DNA of 63,317 nt, filler included, from Hyphochytrium catenoides (taxonomy: Eukaryota > Protista > Hyphochytriomycota), in assembly GCA_900088475.1 (NCBI GenBank). It is 8 parts of 8 records of this genome, joined end to end, with 100 filler letters (N's around TTAATTAATTAA, not from the genome) between each part and the next. Parts side by side here need not be neighbours in the genome. Positions count along the whole stretch, not along the records: positions 1 to 31,947 come from FLMG01003172.1; 7 more parts are not named here. One strand, given 5' to 3'. The notes beneath the pieces were generated by a model. That model saw only the letters and a program-made list of their open reading frames with translations. It had not been told where the DNA came from and searched no databases. Positions 12,621 through 27,600 of the stretch are shown piece after piece. The translations under genes were made by a program, and so were the position numbers. Each line of letters begins with the position of its first letter. Position 1 is the stretch's first letter.

Positions 12621-15600
12621 TTAGTCTTCAGAAAAGTTTGAAGCTGCGCCATCGCTCCTGTGTCCTTCGTCATTCCCTTCCGCATCTGTTGCGCTCTGGT
12701 CGCTTCCCTGCCTTCTTTTCTTATTGGTGGCCTTTCTTTGCTTCTCTCCTTTCCTATTTCCTCCAAGGTCAGCCTCATCACTTCCGTCTGACCTTCCACC
12801 GCTCTTGCTGCGCTGTTTTCCAGAGGGAGCCGATTGGACTCGAGTTTTGTCCGAGGAGGCTAGTTCTTGTAGTCTCTTGCCAGATGACTTGCTTGTGCCT
12901 TTCGCTGTCTGGGGCCGCTCGCTGAGCTCAGACTGACGACCTGGCTTCTCTCCTCTTTCTCCTTTGTCTGCTGTCTGGATCTGGGCTGCGTCCTTCTTCT
13001 TCTTGGAATTACCTGCCTGCTCGAGAACCTTGTCCGTCGTCTGCGACTTTTTGATTTTCTGCCCTGTATCTTCACCGTCGCCTGGTTCATATGTCTTGAC
13101 GCGCTTATCCTTCTCTCCTCGTGTCTTTTTGGGCCCATCGTCTGACGTTTCCGACTTGGGAGCCTTGACATTATCGTCACTCTCCTTGAGCTTCAATCGC
13201 TTGGAGTTTCCTCCGTCCCTCTCTTTTGGATAGTTAGAGAAGACGGTTCAGTGACACAAGCAAAGGAGGGTGGGATTTGACTTGACTTACTCTCAATATC
13301 AGCATCTCCTTGGGCGTCAGTTGGCTCTCTTTCGGCATCGTACCGTCCATTAGCATGTACCTTCTTTAACCTTCTTAGGGCTTTCCGGACTTCGGATTCG
13401 TTCGGATGCTCCCATTGCGTACGTCTACGGGGTGGGTTGACGGCGTGTATGCGACAGAAAAGATTGGTAAGCTCGGGCATGGAAAGAAAAAAAAGGAAAA
13501 GGTATGGCGGAAGAGCGAGGGACGAAAGAGAGAGAGAGAGAGAGAGAGAGAAAATAAAGTGTGTCTATAACGTCGGACCAGCAAGTTATAAGGAAGAGAG
13601 AACAAGAGTAGGACACAAATGAAGAGACTTCATCGTACTTGGTCGCATGGTCCGTGTAATAGATACGTCCACTTTCTGTCTGGGCGAGCTCCCAGCGCGG
13701 ACCCAAGGGAGTTCTCTCAGCTGGGAGAAGCTTGATCCTCACCTCAATCTCCCTCTGGCAAAAGAGTATCATTTAGGTCATCTGTCGCGCTGAAAGATCA
13801 GCTCTACCTCTTCTCTTGCACTTGCGTGGAGCCACGATGCCCGCCTTCTTATAACTTTCCTAGCCTTGTCATCTACTTGCACTGTCTACTATGCGTTCCT
13901 TGTCTTCCACGCCATCAGCCCGATGCCCTCTCCACACTCTGAAATCGACTGTACCTGCTCATCGACATCGGACCCCTTCTCCTCCTCATCCTCATGTTCT
14001 TCTAACACAGTGACCGTTAGATAAAGCACTTAAAAATAACAAAGAGGCTTTAGTCGGTGCTACCTGGAGCTTCCTTAGACGCCTGCTTCCTTTCTTCCAA
14101 TGTTCTTCGTCTTAACTTCAATTTGCCCTTCGTCAACTTCTCGAAGAACTCTGCATAATTCCAGCATAGGATTAGAGACAACAAAAGCTCCCTCTCTCGC
14201 TTCTTGAATATATATTGCCCTTGTCCACCTCTCTCTTCTTCAGAATACAAGTCATCTCGACTAGCGGTACCGATAACCTGTCATACTATCTCTGTGCTCT
14301 CGCCCTCTACCGATGAAGTGTTTCTTCCTCTTTGCCCATATGGTTCATTCAAGCTCCAATGCCGGCATTTGTTCTCGTTCATCATCTCTTTCGAGTTAGG
14401 GAGGCTCTACCTACCGGATACATCGAAAGGAGACCCGAACGTCTCGGTCAGCACTTCGCATTGGTCCTTGGATAGCTTGATGCCAATATCCAACAATAGA
14501 GACTCCAGGGATGCCTGCGGGATTAACCATCGACTCGGTCAGTAAATCCCATTCGTTCTTTGGAGAGCATTCTGCCATAACCAAACAGAGAGGCTCGAGG
14601 CAAAGTGGGAAATAACCCTAAGCTTCTGGGAGTCGAAGATAGCTTTCAAAGACTATGGGTGTTATGGACAGAAAGGAGTAGTTGTAGAGCCGACATGAGT
14701 CTTGCCTAGAGTTGTCCAACTATGGAGAATGACAATAAAGCTTGTTACGTGGGAAGTATCGTAATACCTTTTCATCATCTTCAAGCAAGCCCTGGAGTAA
14801 AAGCTGCAGACCTCGGAAGGGATTCTTGGCATTTCTTTCTACAAGGACTTGGCGCAACCTGGAGAGAGTCCCTTCCACGTCGGAAGTTTGCCGTTCGTCT
14901 TGCATGCTCAAAGATAGCTGCAGGAATATTAAGCGTGAAGAGTGGTACAGCCACAGAGGCAATAGGTATGAGGGGAACCGAGACGACGAGCAACGGGTGT
15001 CCAGCAAATGGAATGGGTTAGTCTAGGGTTCCGAGTGCTTCAGCAACCGTTCAGACCTACATCAAACACCGCGTGCTGAATGGAAGAAGGAGGCTTTGTG
15101 ACAGGCTGTTCTAGTTCTTTCAACTTCTGCTTCTGCTGCTTGAGTGCGCTCTCCAGCTTGAGGATTCTACCGATCATAAGGAGAACGGAAAGCAGAATGA
15201 GAAAGGGGCCAGCTAACTTGCTCGGCACCACGGAGGAGTTGAGACCGGTAAGGAAAAGTAAGACAGAAATACGATACTTGAGGTGAACGAGGAGAAGGAT
15301 AAGTGATGCGGTAGTGGTTGTACCTGTCTGCAGCTTCATCTGCCACTCTCTTTATCTCTTTATCTTTCCTCTCTAGCTTTCGATTTAGCGTTTGCACCTC
15401 TTTCTCAACTTCTGCACTTCGTTTTGCAGCTTCCGCCGCTTGCTGGAGCTCCTTAATTGTTCCTTCTCGTTTCTTGCTGTTGCCCATTGCGAAGGATGAC
15501 AACGAAGATACGTACAAGGTCAGATGTGAGATTACTCAGGGAAACAGCTGCAGGAAAACCGAAGTCCGGAGAAAGATATAATCTGACGGAAGCTTACATT

Positions 15601-18600
15601 AGCTCCTCCAAGTGTGTGATACACTCTTCCTGCTGCTTGTAGCTTAACTTCGTCTCCTTCATTTCCCCTTCTTCCACCTGATCTCTGTCGTCCTCCGCTG
15701 CTTGAGGGGCTTGTGGACTCTTGTCTTTGGCTCCATCCAATGTCCTCTTCTTTGTCTTTGGTGAGTCTTGTATCTCCTCGTCACTTTTCATCTGCTTTTT
15801 CTTTCGGCTAGGCTTAGAGGATTTTTTGGTCTCAGTCGACTGCTGTCTGGGGAGAGCTTCGTCTCCTTCCACGTCTTCGGAGGCATCACGTTCATCCTCT
15901 TCACTTTTATTCCCGTCATCCCGTCCGTCGCTCTCATTCTGCTCTTCGTCCTCTTCAGTATTCAAGGTGCTTTCTGTTCTGTCTGGGTTCTGGATGCAGT
16001 CTTCCTTCTCTACGGCTTCCACCCCAGAACTTTCTTTTAGTGGCTTTTTCCCTTCAATAGGTGTTCTCTCTTCCTCGAGCTCCTTCGCAGCTCCATTTCT
16101 GGGCTTTATATTAAACTGTGCGCGCACTTGAATTTGCCCCACTAGCAACTTGTCTCCGCTCGAACCCTTGACAGAGTTCTGATTGTCCACCTTATTTGCG
16201 TCGATGTTTCTAGTTGCTTTGATAAGTGGAAGCCACTCTTCGACGGAGTACCCATCTCTCCCTTGTAGAGATGAGAGTGAAAGCTCGCAACTTCCAATCA
16301 AAACATCGGCTGTTCCTTGCTTCATGAACACGGAGAGAACAAGTTTGGAAGAAATGCAACGACCTACATAAAGCTTCCTCTTCAGAAGCTCCGGGGGGAG
16401 ATCGTTCTCCTTTCTCTCTTTAATCTGAATGGTGCTCTCTTCGACATCATCCTTGTCCCTGCCCTCACTCTTCTTGTCCATTAGCTTGATCTCATAGTCG
16501 CAGGCGGTGACGGGATCGTAGGCAGTTAGGTAAACCGGCACCAAACCGCCATCATTTTGTCCTTCTTTGGCCTTGTAGTTGACACTCTTCCGTATTGAGA
16601 CAACCATCACCCGATGAAGCCGAGCGGTGGACTTGCTCTCTGTCAAATGGACCTGAGCCTGAGACGAGGACGGATAGAAGAGAATAGAGAACAAGTAAGA
16701 CCAATCCGCCAGCAACATAAGACAACCTGTGTAGAAGGGAGGCAATAGCACCGCACGCTACTCATGCATTTGCTCCTGCTCGCTTACTCTCTTCCCAGCA
16801 ATTATCCTGAATTTGCGTCACCGGATAATCTCACGCTTATCTCTCTCTCATCCTCTAGTCTCGCGCTACCTTGGCCGAGCCCAGGTTATCAGGTATTCCG
16901 TCTACTTGAACCACGTGTGACTGCAAAACCGGCAGGTCGATACGCGCGGTATCCTCAGGCGCGGAGATAGGAAGCACATGACTGAAGTTCCATTGCGGAC
17001 ACCTTCCACCCTACGTAAAATTGACAGGAAAAGCAAACCGACAGGAGTGTATAATAAGGCAGAGACCCAAATGACACGAGGTAAACTCTAAATGGGACAA
17101 ACAGCAATGAGATGGAAGTAAGCGCAGAAGATTGAGGAGTCCCATCGAAGTTCAGAATGAATCGTACACATTAAGTGAGTCGCTCTTCCTAATCATGTCT
17201 CTCGTCTAACTTTAGTGTCAGTTATCACCCTCTGGGTCTCTCCGCATTTTCTCTCTGGATCACCTTAAGAGACCTACCTCGGGGACCACTGGCGTGACAA
17301 ACGACAGTCCATGAGGCAGTAACGTGCATTGAGCGTAAGGGCTCCTCATACATCTCAGATGAGCGGAGAACTCGGACCACGTCATCTCTTCTGCGCTCTC
17401 TCTTACCCTACTCTGGGACCACGATTGGAAGGACACTGACAAGAGAGAGGAGAGCGACGACAGAAAAGCGCACAGTTTTGGTCGTTGCCTCAAGGCCGAG
17501 AGGACAGACACCTTGGGGGTCTCTTTGTCCTTTTCAATGGGATGCTCCGCCAAAAAGAGCAGCCTTTGAAAGCACAAGGGCGAGTACAGTTAGTGCCATG
17601 ACAAGGCGTCAATGGATAGACCTAGAACAGGGCCTCACAACAGAAATGGAGTGAGGAGTGAAAGGTTGGCTCCAACACTTCAAAGGAAAAAGAAAGGAAA
17701 CGGAGAGAAAGAGTAAAGGCGGAAAGCAGGAGAATGACTCAGACCAGTTAGCCGCCTGCAAAAAGAGAGGGTTCCGAGTTACCTGTGAGCAGAAACAGCT
17801 GAGAAGAAGGGTAGCCGTGCAGCCATCAGCCTCTCTCTCAACAGCTCCACAAAGTCCTCACTCTCAACTAATCGCAGGGAGAGGCCTCCGATCGCTCCTC
17901 CTTCTTTCGCTCTCCCCAGTCTCACCCTCCGCAGAAGACTGTTTAGGACTCTCTCCTCTCTTGGGGAACAAGAAGCATTGAAGACAGCAGAGCTCGGATT
18001 GAGGGACAAAAATTGGCTCTCAATACTTCCCCAACGGAAACCACAGGCGGTGGAGCAGCCTGCAATATCATCAACCGGGTCAGAGGATCCAGCAGATCCC
18101 AGTTAGTAGGAGAAGGAGGACCGAAACCACAAAGGATAACGTAGGAGGCAGGGGGATACCTGTTGCCTTGTCCTTCCTAACACTCTTCTTAGCAGCTGCC
18201 TTGGACTTTGATTCCGCCTTTGATTGTCCGACCTTCTCAGTCTTATCATCTCTCTCTCCCTCGGCTGGTTCCTTCTTCTCTCCCTTGATTAACTTTTCGT
18301 CTCGCTTCAGCGTTATATCTTCGTCGTCCTTCCGTCCCTTCTTTTGTGCTTTGTCCTTCTTCTCCCTCATCTCGGATCCAATTGCTTTGGGCCCTTTGGG
18401 CTCTGCTGGAGGCGGAGCGGCCTCGTCTCCTAGGGTAGCGGAGATGGGATCTTCTACCTCTCTAGAGCGCTCGACCTTACCCTTTCTCGAAGCTTGTCCG
18501 TCTGTCTCCAATGCTCGATGATGCTGAAGCCATTGCCAGGGGGCCCTATAGAGGAATCATTAGGAGAAACACGCTTTTATGGAGACTGAGGTGTATGAAA

Positions 18601-21600
18601 TGGGTGAGAGAGCAGGAAGAGCACAACGCGATAGCGGTTTCCTTATCCCTCCTTCTCGAGCTTTGTGCTCTTACCAAATATGCTCGTTCGTCTGTCGAAG
18701 GCAGAGGGAGAACTCATTATTGAGGCATGGATCAGTCGCCCGAACAAGCACAGTTTCAGACCCCAAAGCAGCCACTGTGACGAGAAAGTATGTCTGGCCC
18801 CCTGCAGAGCTCTGGACGTAAGTAAGCAGTTAGTTACGCTCTGTTATGGGTCGTTTCTTCCGTCTCAGCCTCTGTTTGGGTTTATATCTCTATACATTTT
18901 TATCTCCGTCTCCACTCTATCTAGTGCATCTTACCGATAGCTCCCTAATGAGGTGTCTGAGTCTGGCTTCCACTCTTCCCAATTGAGTTCGTCTGAGGAC
19001 ACCCTGAATTATCGCTTTGGATACATCATCCGAGTGGCGAGCGGAAGACTGGCACCGCACTTGGTCCAAAAGTAGACCCAACCCAGAGGCATCATCCAAG
19101 GGTGAGGTTGTGGGCACTGATAAATGTGGCAGAGAATTGGACAGACATCACATGCCAAAGGTTAGGAATAAGCTCGAGTCATTTTCCTATCACAATGAGG
19201 AGACAGACTCACCATCCTTGGCTTCATTGCTTGGGGGCAGGCATTTCATCATAAAGGCCACGAATTCCCTTTGACTGACCATGCTCCGTCCCCGGGAGAT
19301 AGCAGACCAAACTCTACAGACCAGCGGCGGAAGGCAGGGAGGAGAGGAGGGCACGACACAGTTACCACCTTAAGTCTAAGTGAAATGCATAAGAAGAGGG
19401 CATTTAAGAGGAGGCACTAAGACCTACAGCCTATAGCGGACCATCATGACATTTTTCACTCATAAAATGCGAGAGAGTGCATAGTTCAGATGAAAGATCA
19501 AAGTAGCGCCAGAGGAGCTGACAAGTGAGAGGAATAATGTTTCGAGAAAGAAGTGATGATGGATAATCCTACCGAAACACGTCTGTCTCAAACTCTGGTG
19601 TGGACTTATCTTCGCCTTTGGACTCCAAGCCAAAAGGGCTCTCTGTTTTCGCCTCCTTTTCTTTCCTTTCGTCTCTTTCCTTCTCTTTATCTTGAGTACC
19701 TCTTTCCTCCTGACTCTTCTTAGCTTCAGGGCTGCCCCCTTCCGTCACTTCCTTTTCCTTCAGCTTCATACCCTTCTTTTGATTTAGCTTGCTGTCCTCA
19801 GTACTCTCACCCGCTTTAGGTCCTTGGGAAGCCATAGTAGAGTTCTCCTCTCGTCCAGCCCCTTTCCCCTTCTTTTGTGGATCCCCTTTAGCCTTTGACG
19901 GCTTGGTTGATTTCTTCTCTACCTTTCCAAAGGCTGTTAGAGCTGCTCGATAGCGTTCCTCTGTTCATTGACAGATTAAAGAAGGAGGCAAAGGATAAGT
20001 GAAACGAAGCGATCTGTGGATAAGTGAAACGAAGCGATCTGTGGTCTGGGCGAGAATAGGAATAGACGATCTTTCCTTTCCGCCTTCCTCTCCTATTCGC
20101 CCCACTTACCGTAAGACTTAAGATCTATTGTCTCCCTGCCTCTATCCATCAACGCTATAAGACAAGCATTTATCCTGTCACTCAGACTTCCAGTGGCATC
20201 ATCTCCCCCATGTTTAGCCTTTTCATCCATTGATAAGGGTGGAGCAAAGGCCCTGCACAACCGCCGGACCGTTGTTTCAGAGATAGAAAGGCCAAGCGAC
20301 CTTAGCGCCAGAATAAGCCCTGTACCAAGCGAAGCGAGAGGTGACTATAAGGCTCAGTCGCTGACAACCCCGAGTCAGTTATTACGCTGTGAAGGACGTT
20401 GAAAGACCTACCCTGTATAATGTGAGGAGAAGGGGAAGGAGAGAGGAGCTGTAGGGCGTGAAGATTCGCAGGAGATAGAGAGTTCTCCTTTAACACCATG
20501 GCCACCCTTGCCAAAAGATCAGGGAGTGGAGTGAGCTCTTCCTCTTCAGGATTTTTGTCGGATGCAAAAATGAGAAACTCTTCAAGCGAAATGCTGCCAT
20601 CCTATGAGGTGGCAAAATGGTCAACCATTGCGGCTATCTGATGCTGCTAGCTATATTCCCTCGTCGCACTCGTCCTCCAACGTCTTCTCTTTCTTTCTCT
20701 CGCCCACTGCCCTGTTCCTCTCTCTCCTTTACTCAACCTAGCGATGCAGGGACTCTCTTAGTAGTTGGCCATCTCACCTTTGTTCCCACGTCGAACCTAT
20801 CCATTAAGAGTTGGAGGTCATTTTGGCTGAGGAAAAGACCCTGATGTCAAGACAGTGGTTTGAGAGACGATATCCACGTTAGACTCAGGGAGAAGCACAC
20901 TCCATGGACGAGACCCACAAACGGCTCAGTAAAAAAAGACAGCAGGAGTCATTGTGGAGCAGGGAAAGACGACGACCACACGAGAACAGGTAGAAGAAGA
21001 GCTTTTTATTTACCAAGTCGCCCAACACTATCTTGAGCTCCTCCAGGCTAATGGTGCCGTTGCGATCACGGTCGAAGCGTCGAAACACGCTCTCAAAGTT
21101 GTCAGTGGACTGAGGCAGGAGGTGGGAAGAACAAGGCTGATCAATGGAGATGTTGAGAAAACACAGAAGGACGTAGAGACTTCATACAAGCTATAGAGGG
21201 ATATAGCAGAGACAGACAACGAGTATTTGGCTTCCCCAACATGTATACCGTGGAGCAAGGAACCGAAAAAGCAAATGCAAATGGCTGGAAGACTCACCTC
21301 AGGTCCAGCTTGTTCTTCCAGAGCACCAATATGCATAACACGCTGAAAGAGAACAAAGCCTTCCTCCTTCTTCTTGATCACTCCCTTCATATTCTCCTTC
21401 TGGCATTCCTTCACAGTGACAGAGGAGCCGGACGGGGAGTGCACCGTCTCAACAAGGGTGTACCGCATCTTCTGTCGCAATAGGGCGGCATCACTAACTC
21501 TCTCGAGAAGGCTGGAGAGGATATCGTCCTTTATCCAGTCTTCAACCTCCGCGCGACCCCCTGCTTTTCTGATCGGACTCTCGGTGGGACCCAAGGAGTC

Positions 21601-24600
21601 AGCCTCTCTGGCCCTTATACTTGTCTTTTTCTCCTTGTCCTCGCCTTCCTTAGCACCTGCAGTGGGGTTGTCTCTCTTATTCTCGTCTCTTCCCCTCTGG
21701 ATATCTTCTTTTAGACCGTCGTGTTCGGTTGCGAAGATCCAATTCAAAAGGCCAGAAAGAGTGAAACTCTCTTCCGCGCTCTCCTCTGGAAAAGCCTTTG
21801 ACCAGACGTATCGGAGCTACAATTGCAACAAACGCATGTAAAGTACATAGTGGGCAGGGTGAGATGAGAGCATTCCTTAGATGTGAAACGCGAAAAAGCC
21901 GGTGCAAAAAGGAGATGTGTCCTGTGTAGGATATTTTGCAAAGATACAATCTCATGACCTCAGAACTAAAGGAAAGACGACCGATCGAGTGCCAGCTTAC
22001 AGGGAGGACCTAGTCCGGTGCAATGCCTACCTGTTGAGCGGTTAAACGCGGTTCAACATGCATCGCATCGAAGAAGAGAGCCAGATCTGGTAACAATTAC
22101 TGTTAGAATCAAAAGGCAGGGTGGACAACAGAAAGAGATAGCGATCGTTGCGCAACAGTGCCCCACAGCTGTTGACTTCATAGAGAACCAGTGGGACTGA
22201 AGGGGAGGTACAAAGCTGAGGGACCTGCTCTAGAAGACAAGTGATCCATTTCCCTGTGGCCACCAGCCAGGGTTTTGTCCTCGATGACCTTTCTCCACAG
22301 ATCCAAAGCAGCATTCCGAGAGCTCATCTATAAGGGATCGGGTGATTAGGTATAGGTAAAACAGAAGATATAGAACATCGAAGTGGGCTCAGGGGATTGA
22401 CAGAAAGGAAATATTTAGACCTTTTTCCTAAGCGCGGTTCGAAGCCCCTCTCCGGCAAGAGATGTAGCCGTTGATAGCTGCGGTTGGTGCTGGAAGCAGT
22501 CTTCACAGAGGGCTCGACCCGGCGGGAAGCGAACAAAGCAGAGAGAGCAGAAACGTCGGACACAGGGGATACCTGCGCAGACGTTCTCCGCTTTCTCCTA
22601 AAGTCGTTAGGTCAGAAGGACGTGATATCAAATAACTTAGAAGCTAGCTATATGTAAGCATATACATGGAACTGGTGATCACCTTTGATAGACCTCTCCC
22701 GCAGTTGTCACAGTCCATAGCTTTCGCAACTTTTTGGCCTGAGGCAAACCGGGGCAGCTTTTCCATAAGCTCACTGTTCCCAGCAGCTTTTGACTTCAAT
22801 AGACAAAGTGCAATTATCAGTGGGTGATTGATGTCTCGTCTTTTCCGTAACACCTCATACCTTCTTCATCTTTAGAGCTCTAAGTGCTGCAGTCCTTCGT
22901 TCCTCAAATTTCTGCAGGCGCTGAGACTTGTGGACCTTTGTTACTCTTTTTATCACCTCGTCCGTCTGGCTTTGCTCCTCTTCTGAGGGCTTTTGAGTCT
23001 CGTTTTCTTTGTCAGAAGAGATTTGTTCTTTGTCCCCTCTCCCTTTGTCTCTCTCGGCCTGACCTCCGCTAGTGGTCTGACTTTTCTCTCGTCCTTCCTC
23101 CAGAGCCCCTTTTGGCTTCTGTCGCTTGTCTTTCTTTGCAGACTTCTGTTGACTTTCTCTGAAAGCTTCTGTGCCCTCCTCGTCGTCCTCAAGGTCAACC
23201 TCCTTCTTCTCCTTTGATTTGGCTCTTTGCTTCTCTGAAACTTTCTCTTTATCTGGCACTGCCTCCTTTTTGTGTAACCCATCCGTGGCGACATCCTCGG
23301 TTTTCTTGTTGGTCTCTTCTTCCCACTTCTGCTTACGTCTCTGTATATAATCATAAAGCCGCTGCTTTTCCTGGCGAAGAGGGAGAATGACAATAGACAG
23401 TCCCTTAGATTCTAGAGTACGCTTCAGGGATGCTGGAATTGTACCCATGCACAACCTCTTCCAGCTGCCTGCTTTACCTTCTTGTTGGCCCATCTGTACA
23501 CCGGAAGGGTAAGATAAGATCCCGGTAGTGAATTCCGAGTATTTTCATCAGCAGGAACGAGGTCTCGCGCGCCGAGGATCTAAATAGCAAAGAGGGGTAC
23601 AGATGAGTGACACACAGGCCGGTTGGGGTTTGTGACGCATTGTCTCTCGATCTGGCTCTACCCCAGCTGCGTTCGGTTCCCCTGCCCACTGCTGACCTCC
23701 TTCTTTGGACTTAGCATCACTCCTATATTTGTCTCTAGTTGAAGAGAGAAATTTCTTCCTTCGCCCTTTGGAACAACTCGTGTTGTCTCTGTCCTAATTG
23801 GTCCGGAGAAAATACGCTTCGGTTCCATCTCTGAGAAAGTGTCTTACCTCAATAGAGAGAGAACCTTCTCTGTAAGGATCCACGAGTATCTCATCGTCTT
23901 TGGCGTCTTCTTCCATTTGAGCCATCTCGCCATCTTCTAATCCCTCCTGCTAGAAAGTGCCGACAATTAGACACGAAGCGAGTAACAATGGCAAGGTAGC
24001 AGGAGACCGCAAAAGGAGATAGTGCTGCGAGTGGAGACGGAGTACAGTCATAGATTAAGGCCAAGGGGCTCGCTAAAGAAATTCAGGCAGGAAACCAATG
24101 GATGTGCTGACTGAAGGGAAGGATAGCATCTCCTACCGCAAAAAGAGAGAAGAAGTCATCGCCAGCAATCTTTCCTGTCCCCTGTCGGTCTAAAAAATCA
24201 AAGAGCACCGACAATCTGTCATCCGTCAGCTCGTCCAGGGAGACTCCCAAAGACAACAGCTTCTTTTTCAGCTCCGTACGGCTGTATTGTTGAGAAAGGG
24301 GAAGAAGGGCTTTCCTTATGTCCGAGGGGGAGACCTTTGGAAGCGGGAGGAGCACGAATATTGGATGAGACATCGACCAAGGCCAGAGCCGAGTTGTGAT
24401 AGTTAGTTGATCAACCCAGGGTAACTCAGACTCACTTTCCTCAAAAGAAACTCCCGAGCTTCCTCCAACTGAATCCTGGTTTCTATACCCTGAATCCTCC
24501 CAACCTCTCCTCTCTCATATCCGCTTCGCGCGGTCAGCTGTACTTCTTCTTCACGCTCTCTGGCACTGAGGACCACCGGCTCAGCCATGGTGGGCTCAGC

Positions 24601-27600
24601 TACGAACATGCCAAAAGGAAATGGGGAGGGGATGACGTGGAAATGACAAGAGTAGCAAATGTTAACTCAAGGTAAGCAAGTTTGAGGAATAGAGTGTGAG
24701 GTTGATCGAGCCATTCTCACGCACGCGAGTCGTAGTAAGACAAGGAGGCGCAAGAAGGCCGGCGTAGCTCATGGGAAAGTTCCAGTTACCTTGGATACTC
24801 TTTAGGACCTGTTCGTCGGACTCTGTAGGATTTGTCTTTTGTGGGGCTTGCAAATTTAAGCGGAGAGAGGAGCTCTTCTCAGCCTTCTTAGAAGCTATCC
24901 CATGGGATTTGGATGTCAGGCTCTTGCCCTGCTTGCTCTTGCTCAGAGGTTTCTATAAAAGAATCTTTAGGTCAGTAACCTTAGCAATTAGCGTCATTGA
25001 AGCTTCATAATGGTGGAGCTCGAGAATTGAAGAAGCTGCGGAGGGATAAAGGCCAAAACAGAGCTCATGACGAGGGCAGACCTCTTCTTCTGCAATCCAC
25101 CGTCCCCCTTCAAGCTCTACTTCCCCGCTCTTCATACAATTGCTGTATACAGAGAGGAAAAACGTCCCGGTGCAGGTGGACTCCGAGTTCGGCCACTAGA
25201 CGGAAGGTTTACAGATGATTTCGAAACAGCGGAGAAATGTTAGCCAACATGGGGGGAAGACCCGACACAAAGACCCAAGGCCTATTCTTCTGCGGCATGT
25301 CTTTGTAGTGCTCATCCACTCACCTTTCTAGCGTACATGCTGGGGATGATGCAGTAGACACCTGCCTCCAGTGTGACATCCATCTGTGGGCCAGGAGGGC
25401 AAGAGATGGACCAGAGAAGGCAAGTTTGGAACAAGCAGTCGAAAAGACGTCAAAGAAACATCGAGACGGGTCACGAAACGTAGCTAAGGCGGCTGAGCTT
25501 CGCTTGTATCAAGCACTTACCTCGACGCTGAGATATGGACTGTACTCGGGCTGCGGGAGGCCCTCAGTGCCGGGAATTGTAGGAGGAAGTAAGAGCTTTC
25601 CCTTCTCGTTTCGGGGAAGTGACAGTTTTCCAGATTTTTCTGCTTCCAGCTTCAAGATGTGGAAACTTGAATAAGCATGGATGGAGCGGGCAAAGAGGTT
25701 GGGAGTTAAACAGAGTACATCAGTGATATTCCGCCATGGGCCGATGGACCGCCAAGAGGTGATAACCGCATTGTACTGGGATCATGAATTAAAGGAAGAC
25801 GTAGAGATTTAAACGACTCGCAGTCTGTAAGAGAGAAAGGTAGACCTGATTGGCATCATGCTCGTGTTCTCTGTGCCTCGCTTGTCCTCTTGTTTCAACG
25901 AGATGAAGAGGCGCGCCTGACTCTTGACGGTCAACATGTACTGAGGATTGTTCTCCCAGGTCTCCTTCTTCGGGTTTCCTCCCGCGGTCTTCTCATCCCA
26001 ACGTCCTGTCACTCTCTTCCCGCTCCAGTCAGCGCCAAAACCTGATAGATGAGGTTAGAGCTGCTGCCCTTTCTCGACCCCATCACCTGCCCCAATTGCT
26101 TGCTGTTTGCTGTCAGTTGCGGAACACTTAGACCCCCTTCCTTCTGAGCACCTGTAGTCGTCAGTCCTATCCTCTCATAATCCGCAGCCTTTTTGTCAGT
26201 CTAACTAGGTTCTCCTTAGGTTTTCTCTCTTATGTCTCCTTCCGATGTCAATTGTTGCTTGTAGACTTACGCACTCCCGCAAAGAGATGGGTGTATCTCT
26301 TGAGCCAGTCCTCATAGGTAATGAAAAAAGTCCCGTCATTGCTGTCAATGGCAGCCATCTCCAATTCCTCCCGCAGCTTTTGATCTAGAGGGAGAAGATA
26401 GTGTTTCGCGCCGTGAGGGACCAGAGATATGACGTCACGAGAGGGAGGAACCGGGTAAGAACGAGCTCCATTCTGATGGTCCGCTTTGCAACGAGAAATA
26501 GTAGAGCTCTGAGAGCTTGAGAAGCACCCCACAGTGGCAGGGTTAAAGAAATAGAACAGCAACGTAGAGACAGAAAGAAATCGTCGACACTTGAAGTTGT
26601 CTCACCCTTGAAGTGCATCTCCATGTAATAGTTCCTATAGTATTTTGCCCTTTCCAGCCTGGTGAACTCTCTCTGTAGAATCAAATCGTTCTTTGCTCGA
26701 ATCTTAGTACCATCGCTCCATTCTCCAGTCTGGCGGATGAGAGAATACGAGGCAAAATAAACAGCCATATACGTGTTGGAGATGATGTTAGAGCTTTAAT
26801 AGGAGACAGGGTCTTGTTCTATAGTGATGGACGCCGTTAAGCTGCCCTAACGCTCCTGCCCGCGCTAGACGGAAATAGAGAACACCGAACCAGATTTTCT
26901 CATTCGCTGTGAGGGCATCTTACTTCCCTCCTCCCTCGCTTGTTATCCCCCATCCTTGTGCTATACGTAGTTCACTTCTGTTTGTGGGTCTTACCCATTC
27001 GCCCATGCCCCATGGGTTCCTCAGCTTTAAAAGTCGCACTCTCTTCGCGTCCTTGTCCCTGATCTCCTTCACATCCACCAAGCCATATGCGTGCTTATAG
27101 TTCAGACCTGCAGCAAAGGTCACGTTTAGAGTAAACATTCTGGTGCTAATCAAGCCAGAACATAAATTCAGGTTTCGCTCACAGGGTAGTATGAAGACAC
27201 TTCAGTGCCAAGAGACAGACGCTGCACACATACAAGAGCGGAGAGAATTCTAGAGTTTATGGTATCAGGGAGCGTGCACTGGAGAAAGTTACCAGATGAA
27301 GCGGATAAGACTGCGAGAGGGAAGCGTGCAAATGGAGCTCACCTTCTCCAGCAGCTGCTTCGACCAATACGGTCTTGTTGGATGGATCGGGTTGTATGGA
27401 ACAGCCCATAAGGGTCCCGCAATCAATGTAAGCACGGAGCTTATCAAACAGAAGATCGGAGCCCCCAGAGCTGGAGAAGATATGGCCATTGTAACCTGCA
27501 AGTATCTTAGTCTGCAACCACCTGGGACGGGCTAACTACTTGTCCTCCACTCTCATCACTTCCTGGAGATCACTGGGCACGACTTAACCGCAAGAGGAAA

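Noticed and set aside
15040-15339. Apparent TM-containing ORF
   Set aside because: The hydrophobic part is a pyrimidine-rich intron read through into a coiled-coil exon of the calpain gene.
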